Shown here piece by piece: positions 7,400 through 18,000 of a DNA stretch of 63,166 nucleotides (the stretch's first letter is position 1; every line of letters starts with the position of its first letter). Below the pieces are notes generated by a model. The model did no database searches. It was not told where the DNA came from and was given only the letters and a program-made list of their open reading frames with translations. The translations under genes and the position numbers were made by a program. Location: positions 1 to 63,166 of the IMG/VR virus record IMGVR_UViG_3300037191_001756. The stretch is one strand, 5' to 3'. Source of the DNA: a virus. Taxonomy: Duplodnaviria > Caudoviricetes.

Positions 7400-10300
7400 T
7401 TAAAATCTTATCTTTTTCCTCTTTTTAAGCTTAATTATTTCTCCTTTTGCATTCTTTCTTATAGAAGATATGTCTATAGCTTGATTACCTTTTATCTTTT
7501 CAAACCATTCTTTTTGAGAGTATTTCTTTTCTTTACCAGGAAACCTTCTTCTTACAGCTTCTGCTGTTGTTTTATCATCATGTCCTTGTCTTTCTAATTG
7601 ATACTTATAAACAGCTCTTAATTCTCTGTTTTTCCTGAAAAAAATCTTAGTCTCACCCCAAAACATAGCATCATAAGGAGAAGGAGCAAATTGTTTTTTC
7701 ATTTGACTTTCAAATCCAAACTGACCTTTTAGAATATTAGGTAAAAAAGACTTAATTAACTCTCTTTTAAGACCTGATTGACCTGCATGAGTACCACTAA
7801 GATTAGTATCATTTCCTTGAGTCAAATCATTAAAATCACTACATACTTTTTTAATACTAACAAAAAGTCTGACTATTGCAGGTTCTCCTATGTTTTTAAT
7901 CATAGTTTCAGGATTGTTATACATCCCTAAAGAATTACTTAAAGCCATCATTTTATTGACTAACAAGTTATGAGCCACTCTAGATATAGAATCCTCTTCA
8001 TCTTCGTCATCCCATAGTAAAGCTTTCGCAGCTAATATTCCTGCTAACCACATTAAAGTTAAAGACATTTCAGAAATATTAGTTCTGATATTTTTAACAT
8101 CTCTACTAGAATAGCCAGGTAAATTGTCTGCAAACTTACCTTCTTTTATGATTTGCTTACCAGTAATATTATTTAATGTAAACTTAAAAGGATTTAGTAT
8201 TAATTGACCTGTAAGAAAAGTTAATTCTTTTAAAGAGTCTACAACTCCTAACTTTGTTCCTCCTTGCTTATCTTGTAATAGTTTACCTACTAAATAACCT
8301 GAAGCAGCACCAAGCCCAATTCCTGTAATTCCTGCTCCAATTAAAGCCAATCCTCCAAACCCTAGCACAGCTCCATGCATACTAGCACTTACTTTGTCAT
8401 GACTTAAATATCTACCTTTAAAATCAGATATACCTGCTTCTAAATCCATTTGTTGTACTCCAAATCTTGCCCAGATTTGTCTAGCCAACCATTTTTTATA
8501 CATTAAGACAGCTTTACCTGAAATGTACTCACTTCCCATAGTTCCTCTTAAAGCATCATAATCTCCGTGAAGATTTACTAAAGATTTATCAAGTTTTCCT
8601 TTAAAATCCAGGTAATCTTGCCCCACACCATCTACCCAATTTTCATTGTTTTTTACATTATTAAATCCTTCAATCATATTACCTTCTTTGTCCATAGCAT
8701 GAAATACACTAGAAGTAATTTCTTTTCCTTCTGCATCTACTCCTTGTATTTTTGTATCTAGTAATAAAGCTACCATAACTGGTGCTTGATTCAAATACTC
8801 CACTCTTTGAGTTCCTGCGTAAGGAGATAACCTGTTTATACTAGCAATAGCTGAATTGTTTGAAGCTTTTTGTAACTCATTAGTTTGATCTTGTAGTGTA
8901 TCATATCTGTCCATGCAAATTCTAGTAATTGCAGCACCTTTAGTTACCACATTGTTAAAAGAAGCATATTTTAAAAAAGAACCTTTTATAATATTATTAG
9001 CTTCGTAAATTAAGCCTGGTTCCCAATAATCTCCAGAAGAATCCCCAATCAAGTTTGAGCTTTGACCTTCCATAAAGTTAGTAATATATGAATTTATATT
9101 ATACCCAAGTCCAAGAAATCTCACTAAGTTAAACATTTGGTCTAACCCTTTTTTAACAGATAAATTACCTCCCAATCTTTCTTGTCTTCTATGGTTTTTA
9201 TCTAAAGCTCCTTTTAATAAAGTTATACTTCCTTCTCTGTCTGAAGCATCAAAAACATCTTCTTCTTCAGTAATATCAGCTTTTTCCAATAAAAGTTTAT
9301 CAAGCTCTTCTTGAATTTGTTTTTCTTGACTTATTAACAAGGCTTCAATTTCTTTTTCTTTTGCAGTTAAAGCTTTCTTACTCGTAATTAAATCTCCTAC
9401 TTCAGACTTAGAACCGTAATTACCTAAAACTGCTCTTTCAAACCAACTATCCATTTGCTTTATAGCATTAGCTCTTTTTCCAACTACACCAACTCTAGCT
9501 TCTTCTTTTCCTTCTCTATTTACATTACTAATACTTTTTCCTTCTTTAGTTAATGCAGTATCAGATACATTTTCATATCTTTTTTTAATAGCTTCAAGCA
9601 TAGGTAATGCTAAATTTCTTGCTTGATAAACACTAATCATCTTAGTGTAATACTTAATGATTTTAGGTAAATCCACACTTTCATCTGCTACTATTCTGTG
9701 TGTAGCACCTGCTTTAATCAGCTTTGACAATTCTATCTTTCCTGACAAATCCTCATTAGGTAGTCTAGCTTGTAATTCTGCATCAGTATTAACTCCATAT
9801 AGCTCTTTTAAGACATTTAATACTTTACCTTTAGCATCAACACTTAATTCATTTAAATCCATGTTGTACTGATTAACAAGTACATCAGAGGATGTTACCA
9901 TAGCTATTTTAGCCATCATAGTGTCATAAGTGACTTGTATTTCTTCTTTATTATTCTTTAAAAAGTCATCAGATACTTTATAGTCAGGCTTACCTGTTAA
10001 AGGATTAACTAATCCTACTTGTTTTTCACTTTGCTTTATCTCTCTGAACATCTCAATAATACTATCAAGGATAGTTCTAAAAGTTTTTGATACTTTTGCT
10101 AATCTTTTTGTATTTGGGTCAGTTAATATCTCTATTAATGACTGCTGCATGTGAGGGATACCTTTTCTTAATATCTTTTTCTTTACAGATGTAGGCAGCT
10201 CTTCTATTTGGTCCTTAAATGCTCCTAATATTTCATAGAAATCTGATAAATCCTTATTACCTTCTATAGTTTTAAAATCACTATCATAATGACCTTCAAC

Positions 10301-12058
10301 TTTAGGGTTAGGAACTATAGTATTAAATTGCAAAGAACCTAATGTGTTTGCTTTACTCTGATAAAAGTTTCTAGAAGCAGTTAATGGATTGTTGTTTTTA
10401 TCCCAAAAAGTATAGAAATTCTTACCTTTAGTAGATAAAGAATCATAATCTTTGACATTTTCTTTTTCTAAAAGAGAATCTAAATAAACTTCTTTTTTTA
10501 CTTTAAATTCTTTTACTTTCCTGATTACCTCTTTTTTAATATCTTCATAGTGCTTTTGTCCCAACTTGTCTATCATGGAATCTGAATATGTACTATCAAT
10601 ATTTGGGACAGCTAACCCAAGTATTCCATACACTTCAGAGAAAACTTCAGGTCTTACTAAAATTGCATTGTCTTTAATCCAATCTCTCATACCATTAGAA
10701 GCTGCTCTCAACTCTATATCTCCTCCTGCTACTGAAGCAAAAGCTTGCTTTCTTTTGCTGATAAATCTACTAGCAGCTTCAAAAAAACTACTTTCGTAGT
10801 TAGAAGAGTATCTTTCCACAACAGCTCCTGTGTAGCTACCATTACTATCCCTTTGTCTAAAAAAGTCATAAGAAGCTCCTCTTGGACCAATTTTGTACTT
10901 TTTATCAATCTTTACTAAAGCTCTATTAACTCTTTGTTGTAAAGTTCTTCCTGTTTTATCCTTAGCTTCTAATGCTCCAACAATTTGTGAAGACCTATAA
11001 CTAGATTTAGCAATTACATCTCCCAAATAAGACCTCATGTATTGAGGAACTAACCCATTTGTGCTTGTTAAACCATTTGTGACATCCATCATCAGAAGGT
11101 CATAGATTCCAATGTCTTTCATTCCTTTGCTTGGGAACAAGTATTCCCAATCAACATCTACTCCTAAATTTTTGACTTTACCATAATTCATGATATGGTC
11201 TGAAATCATTGTTCTATCTTTTGCAGATAAATCAATAGCTAAATTGTTTGCTTTAATAGCTATTAATCCCAAAGTTTCCTTAACACTATCTTCAATAGCT
11301 AAGGAGCCATCTTCATTTCTTTTTATTTGTCTTGTATCAAAGTTAAATATAGGGTTGTCGTTATCTTCTAAGTTAAAATTACCTAAAGCTGAGTAAAACT
11401 CTACAGTTTCTCTAGCTGCTTTTAAATTATCAAAAGAACCTGATTCAATTTGCTTTGCAGCTAATTCTAAATCTCTATTGGAAGTTTCTTCCATTACAGA
11501 CAAGTACCCATCTTCTTTCATTTCTTCAATCTTATCTCTTAAAGATAAGGTTTTATTGTCTGGGTCTCCATTAAGTAATAAATCTAATTCATTTTCTAGA
11601 GCTCTAAGTTTCTTAGTTTCTGTGATATCTTCTTTAGCAGATTTAATACTAATCCTGACTTTGTTTAAAGCAGCTTTAATTCTGACAATTTGATTTTCTT
11701 TATACCTAATATATTTAGTAAAATTAGGCTCTATATAATCTCCTCCTACATCAAAATCAATAGATTGTTCAAGATAATCTTGGTAACCATCTTGTTGCTC
11801 AGGAGCAAAAGAAGGCTCTAGTGCCTCTTTTACTTTATCAATTTTTTCAAACATAGCACTATGAAACACAACTCTGCCTTCTGAAATTGAAAATAAATTT
11901 CCAGTAACTTTGTACTTTTTTTCAGAGGCAATTTTATAACTCTCTGATAATTGATGTAGCTTTTTTAAAGCTACATCATCCTTGATTGTGTTATCTAAGC
12001 TTATCAAACCTTTGTTGATAAGCTGTCTTTTTAAGTTTTGTAATGAACTACAAGCCAT
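7400..12058 (-). CDS. large virion cargo/ejection protein (1552 aa)
   Basis: Directly downstream of the vRNAP gene as in crAss-like phages; helical, with C-terminal hydrophobic segments (GAVLGFGGLALIGAGITGIGLGAASGYLVG, LTLMWLAGILAA). Confidence 0.7.
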   Translation of the reverse strand: MACSSLQNLKRQLINKGLISLDNTIKDDVALKKLHQLSESYKIASEKKYKVTGNLFSISEGRVVFHSAMFEKIDKVKEALEPSFAPEQQDGYQDYLEQSIDFDVGGDYIEPNFTKYIRYKENQIVRIKAALNKVRISIKSAKEDITETKKLRALENELDLLLNGDPDNKTLSLRDKIEEMKEDGYLSVMEETSNRDLELAAKQIESGSFDNLKAARETVEFYSALGNFNLEDNDNPIFNFDTRQIKRNEDGSLAIEDSVKETLGLIAIKANNLAIDLSAKDRTMISDHIMNYGKVKNLGVDVDWEYLFPSKGMKDIGIYDLLMMDVTNGLTSTNGLVPQYMRSYLGDVIAKSSYRSSQIVGALEAKDKTGRTLQQRVNRALVKIDKKYKIGPRGASYDFFRQRDSNGSYTGAVVERYSSNYESSFFEAASRFISKRKQAFASVAGGDIELRAASNGMRDWIKDNAILVRPEVFSEVYGILGLAVPNIDSTYSDSMIDKLGQKHYEDIKKEVIRKVKEFKVKKEVYLDSLLEKENVKDYDSLSTKGKNFYTFWDKNNNPLTASRNFYQSKANTLGSLQFNTIVPNPKVEGHYDSDFKTIEGNKDLSDFYEILGAFKDQIEELPTSVKKKILRKGIPHMQQSLIEILTDPNTKRLAKVSKTFRTILDSIIEMFREIKQSEKQVGLVNPLTGKPDYKVSDDFLKNNKEEIQVTYDTMMAKIAMVTSSDVLVNQYNMDLNELSVDAKGKVLNVLKELYGVNTDAELQARLPNEDLSGKIELSKLIKAGATHRIVADESVDLPKIIKYYTKMISVYQARNLALPMLEAIKKRYENVSDTALTKEGKSISNVNREGKEEARVGVVGKRANAIKQMDSWFERAVLGNYGSKSEVGDLITSKKALTAKEKEIEALLISQEKQIQEELDKLLLEKADITEEEDVFDASDREGSITLLKGALDKNHRRQERLGGNLSVKKGLDQMFNLVRFLGLGYNINSYITNFMEGQSSNLIGDSSGDYWEPGLIYEANNIIKGSFLKYASFNNVVTKGAAITRICMDRYDTLQDQTNELQKASNNSAIASINRLSPYAGTQRVEYLNQAPVMVALLLDTKIQGVDAEGKEITSSVFHAMDKEGNMIEGFNNVKNNENWVDGVGQDYLDFKGKLDKSLVNLHGDYDALRGTMGSEYISGKAVLMYKKWLARQIWARFGVQQMDLEAGISDFKGRYLSHDKVSASMHGAVLGFGGLALIGAGITGIGLGAASGYLVGKLLQDKQGGTKLGVVDSLKELTFLTGQLILNPFKFTLNNITGKQIIKEGKFADNLPGYSSRDVKNIRTNISEMSLTLMWLAGILAAKALLWDDEDEEDSISRVAHNLLVNKMMALSNSLGMYNNPETMIKNIGEPAIVRLFVSIKKVCSDFNDLTQGNDTNLSGTHAGQSGLKRELIKSFLPNILKGQFGFESQMKKQFAPSPYDAMFWGETKIFFRKNRELRAVYKYQLERQGHDDKTTAEAVRRRFPGKEKKYSQKEWFEKIKGNQAIDISSIRKNAKGEIIKLKKRKKIRF

Positions 12059-12078
12059 CTTTATATATATTTTTGGTT

Positions 12079-15000
12079 TTAATCACAATTAATTAAAGTT
12101 TCTTGAGCTTTTCTGTTCTTAAACTCTTTAGTAATATCTATTACTTTCATCAAGTTTTTTTGAACTTTGTTATCTCCACTTAAGAATTTTTTTACACCAC
12201 TATTATGGATGTCCTCCAAAGATACATTAAAATCTTCAATGATTTTTTCTTTGGTTAATCCAGGATTTGTTTTGATGTAACTAGCTAAAGTTTGAACTTT
12301 ATCATAAGCTAAAGAAGATATATAAAAATATCTAGTTTCTCCATTGTGTTCTACAGGATATATTCCTGGTTTATTAAGCTTACTCCATTCAATTCCTCTA
12401 ATAGTCAATTTTTTATCACCGTCTATGACTTGCTGTACTGTAGTTTTATTCATTGGAAAAGTACCACCTTCAATACCTTTTGCTATTATAAAGTCTAAGT
12501 TAGATTCCTCTAAACTATCACTTTCAACAGCTCTTCCTTCATTTATATAATACTCAGTAGCAACAGGTTCCTCGAATATAATTTCTTCTTCTGCTCTAGC
12601 TTCATTAATCATAGCTTCAATTTCTGCATCATTTTCTATTTTATCAAAAGCAGTATTTTTTTCTTCAGGAAACCATTTAGCTTTTAATTGATTATCTACT
12701 GTAAATAGTTTTGAAGAAACTATAAATGTATTATAAGCAACAGTGTTTTTGTTTAACCTTTTTAATCCAATTTTAGTTAAAAGTTTTGCAATTAACTTTA
12801 AAAAATCTTCACCAAAAGACACTCCGAAAGACACTTTTGATCTTACATTATTCATTTCATCTCTAAAAGATTCTTTAGTAAACATTTCTGCTACAAATTC
12901 TTTTATATTGTAAAAAGGGTAGAATTTATCAATAGACTGCTGATAAGTTTTCTCTTTACTATTATCAGGAAATTTGTACTCAGATAAAGGCTTACCTTCT
13001 GCTCTTAAGTTTTTTCTTCTGTTATACTCAGCTCTAAACTGTTGTAATTCCACACCAAATGTAGCAGATTTACTATCAATTGCTTCATTAAATAACTTTA
13101 ACAATGTAACAGCTTCTATACTAGCATTTTTAGCTATAGTAATACCGTCTTCTATATCAAACTGAGTATTTAAATAATCAACACTCACAATATGAATACT
13201 TTCATGAAGTAAGACTCTTAGAAAATAATCTCTACTACGATTACTCATAGTTTTCATATTTGAGCTTATTTTTAAAGAAGCTTTACCAGCCACACTAGAT
13301 GGAGTAGCAAATCCTGCTGTTTGAAGATTAGGGTCAATTCCTACTTTAATACCTTTTAAGAACGGTGATATAGCTTCAATAAGGCTTCTAGTTGATTCAC
13401 TTACTTCATCATAGTTTTTAGCTGATTCTAAGTAATCAACCAAACCTCCACCATTTCTAATACTTTGCTCTAACTTTTTAACCTCTCCTATGTATTCTGA
13501 CTTCTCTTTAGGTTTTACTCTTACCACAGGAGGAACAACTGCTTTTGGAGCTAATTTAGGAACAGGTTTAACTTTATTTTTAGTATTACCTAAGATAGTT
13601 TCAGAGTAACCCACTGTGTTAGGAGAATATTCTGACATACCAAAAGTACCTAAAACAGGTATTTCAATATACTTCTCTTCTTGGAGCATAAATATTCTAT
13701 ACTTTTGTTTCGGAGCTTTGATACTTTTGTCATACATAGCTACAAAACCAGTACCTCCAAACAAACTTAAAATAGAATTTTTATCTTCTATAGAAAAACT
13801 TCCATCTTTATTTTTCTTTAAATCTTTAGGTTGAATTTTAGACAACAACTTAGGATTATTTTGAAAGAATTGAGTTTCAAAATTACTTAAATCATTTAAA
13901 AAATCTTTACTGTCCATAGTATTAAAATACTGAGAGAAACCTCTTTCTTTCAATAAGTTTACAGGAATATATTTAATAAATTGAATAGCTTCTTGAACAC
14001 CACCTTCTAATAAAGAATACTGAATCAAGTCATCAATCAACATATCCACTGTATAATCTTTACCATTTCTCTTTGGTAATACTATACTACTCTTTTGATT
14101 CTCTAGCATAGGTAAAGAAGCGTATAATAAAGAGTCATCAAAAGCTTCTCCAACTGCATTGTTAAATTCTAACAAAGATGGACCACCATTCTTACCTAAT
14201 TTGTAGGTAAATCTTCCTAGTAATTTGTTTTCTTTTAAAGCTGGTATATTTTTAAGATTAGTCAATAAATATTTAGCCAATGACTCATTAGAGTTTGTAT
14301 CTAAAAATAATTCTGCTCTTTTATTACTCGCATTCTCAGGAGAAATGTTGTTTTTACTATGAGAATTAAAATACTTTTTAATCTCTTTTAACAGTTTTAT
14401 TTTAAATTCTGTTACAGCAAAATCGCTTTCAGCATTTGTTTTACTTATTTTAAGTAATTTATTAAAGTATTGCTTAACTTCAGGTGAATCATATACAAAA
14501 AATCTTGACCATAGTTTCTGAGCTACAAAAGCACTTTCTACTATCATCTTAGACATTGGATTACTAGGTTTTATAAAAACACCATTAAACTCTCTGTACC
14601 CATCTTTTTTAAGTTGTCTTACTTTTTCTATACCATCATTTTTTTGTAAAGTTTCAATTTGACCAAATAAAGCTTCATATCCTTCTAAATAAACTCCTTC
14701 CATTGGTTTATATCTACCAACAATGTTTCCTAATCCATCATATTTATCAGAAGCTTCTAATCTAGATTTACCCAAACCTTTGTTTGCATTCAATTGAGAT
14801 TGTAATGTTCTTATAGAATCTGCTTTTTCATCAAGTTTTAGAAACATGTTCAACACTGCTACCTGAGTTTCATTCTCAGGGTTAGTAAGATTATTGTATA
14901 ATGACTCTCCTGATAAGTCAGGGACATTACCCACTTCTATACCATACTTTTCTCTTAAACCATCAATAAATACTTCTTTAGCATCTGCTGTGAAGTCCTT

Positions 15001-18000
15001 AGTTTGAGAACTTAATGCAGTTAATCCTGCTACATATTCTCTTATTATTGGTTGAGATAGAAATAGAAAAGGAATATTACCTTTCTTATAGTACTTGCCA
15101 CCTACTTTAATGGTATTTTTTTTATTGCTTTTAAATTCTTCTTCAGTAATTTCCCAAGCATCCATATCAATACCTAAACCTACTAATAACGCATCTACGT
15201 TAATAGTTTGAGAATTAATATTGACTCTACCTAATACTTGCTCTTTTACATTATCTGTAGCAATATTTTGTCTTTCTGCTAATACATCTGTGTTACTTCT
15301 TCTGATTTTATCTGCAACAGCTTTTGGAAGTACACTACTAGACAAAGTATCACTTCTACCTAAGAAACCATCACTAGTTGTATTACCAAAGACAATAGGG
15401 TCATCTTTTAATATTCTAGTATTTTCTTCTTTCGAGGAAACTTTAATTTTTATACTACCTAGTTTTTTTGAACTAGATTGTTGAACCATAGAGTGGAAAG
15501 TAACCATATTAGAGTAAACTCCAATTGCTAGTTTTCCTGAGCTACCTGCTTCCATTTTTCTTCTTTGATGAGAAGGAGAAGCTAATGTAAACATACTAGA
15601 CTTGTCAGCTATTAAGGTGTCAATCATTTCTGCTTGACTATTAGCAATATCCATTGATAATACCTTATTAATTCTTTTTTGAACTTCAGGTTCTGCATTA
15701 CCTAATACTTTACCATAAACTCTAACTATCTTATTTTCAAGAATTTTCTTTTTAAGTTTTCTTAATTTCTTTCTATCTTTTAATTTTAAGTTACCTGCCA
15801 ATTTATTATTAATCTCTTCTAAAGAATAGATTTCATCAATAGGTTTTATATTACCACTAGAATCTACTTCATGTCTTAAATGATAAGTAGTTTCTTTATC
15901 TACATCAAAATCTAATCCTTTTTGAACTGTAAGGTTCTTAGGGACTATCATAATATCTCCACTTTCAAAAGGTAAGATACCTACAATCTCTAATTGAGTC
16001 ATAGATTGATGAGAAGATGTTGGAACTCTAAAAGAAGTTATAGATAATAAATCTTTAGAAATACTATCTTTTAACATCATTTTACCACCTTTTTCCTCTA
16101 CGTAAAGAGGATTAGGAGTTCCATCAGCAAATATTAACTCAATTAATTTTCCATCGTTATCTCTGAACTTAGGACCAACCATTATTTGAGCTTTCTTAAG
16201 CCCTATTATTTTACCATTCTTATCTTTATAAAACTCAGCAGCTTTCAATTCTCCTTCCCAAGCTGAAGTATAAACAACATGGTCACTAGGTTTTTTTGAA
16301 GGATTATCTTTTAATTTAGTTTGAAAACCTGTATTTGAAGGTTGAATTTGAGGTTTCTTTTTGTTTAAAATCTCATCTTTTACTAAATCATCTGCTTCTT
16401 CAATTTTTTCTTGCTGTGGAGTAGTTTTAGTATTGGTCTCAGTCCCAAATATATTAAAAAATAAATCACTTTCAGATATACCATTTTCTGCTAACTTACC
16501 TGATATTGCATTATATAATAAATTAGGAATTTGGCTTTCAAAAGTAACTCCTTCAAAAGGATTTTTATCTTTTTGACCTTCTTTTAATAGTTTTTCAGCT
16601 TCTTTCCCAAAACTAATTCTATCTTTTAAACTTGATTCTTCAACAGAAAACAATTGTAGAGATTTAAATTCTGCTGCTAAAATTGCTTTATTGTTAGAAT
16701 TTTGAATCCAGTCAGGTAAAATACTTTCTATGAAAGATTCTAACTTATCACTAAAGTCAGTCTTAGTATCTTCAAGTTGAGTATCAACTTCTGTGTTTTG
16801 ATACTTTTGTTCTTGTTTTTTAACTCTAGGTAGTGATGGTTCAAGTTTTTCAACATTAGCTTTATCTAAAGTTTTATTTAATTTAGATTGTACTACTAAT
16901 TTATGACTTGCTCTTGAAATAGCTACATATAAAGATTGATTTTTAGCTTTACTAGTTCCACCATTAGTGCTACCTAATATATTATCCTCCATTACATAAG
17001 CATTTCTATAAGTAGACCCTTGTGCTTTATGAGAATTTATAGCATAGCCATATTGTAAATTTGGCAACTGAGCAGAAACTGTATAAGCTAATGCAGGATT
17101 TTTATCAATACCTAAGTTTTTATCTCCTTTAAACAACTTTTGTACTTCATTTTTAAGTCTATTTTTTTCTTCAGGAATAGGTATTTCAATAGTAATTTCC
17201 TTATTAGTCATATTATTGACCATAGTGACTCTTACTGCTTTATACTTTAAATTTGTAGAAGTAGTCCCTTTTCTTGTAGTTCTTGAAAAATTTTGAATCT
17301 TATCAAAAACTTCCCCAACTTCTGAAATAGTAAAATCAGTAGAGTTTTCAACTATTACTTCTTTATCTTTCATTAAAGTATCGTAGAACACCACTTGTTC
17401 TCCTTTTACTATTGAAAGAGCATCTTTACCATATAATATCTCTCTAGCTTTATCATTTAAGTTTTTAACTGATTGTGAACTAGTGTGATTTTCATTATTA
17501 AATGTAACAAGTTTAGTAGAAGTTGGATTCTCTTTAAAATCTTCTGCAAATTCTTCTAAAACTTTTGATTCATCTTTAAAGAATAAAACACCTTCATTAG
17601 TATCTTCATTAAATTTACTAGTTCTTTCCTCAATTACTCTTGTTTTAGGAGATTCAGATTCTACATTATTAGCTACAATATCAGACAAAGGTATAATTGG
17701 AGACAATTCATCTTGTCTCATTCTTTCTGATAAATTAGCTCCAACACTTTCTTCAAAAACTTTAGAATCATTGCTTTGTCCTACAGGAGGTAGTTGTGCA
17801 TTATCCCCCATAAAGATAATTTTAGCATCAGGATTCATGTCTTTTTTAATCTGTTTTAGCAACTCATCAGAAACCATAGATGCTTCATCTAATACAATAA
17901 GATTATATTGTTTTATAGCTAAAAATTCTCCATCTTGTCTTCTTGCATAAATATCTAACTTAAATTTACCTGTAGTTTCATCTAACTTAATACCTAATGA

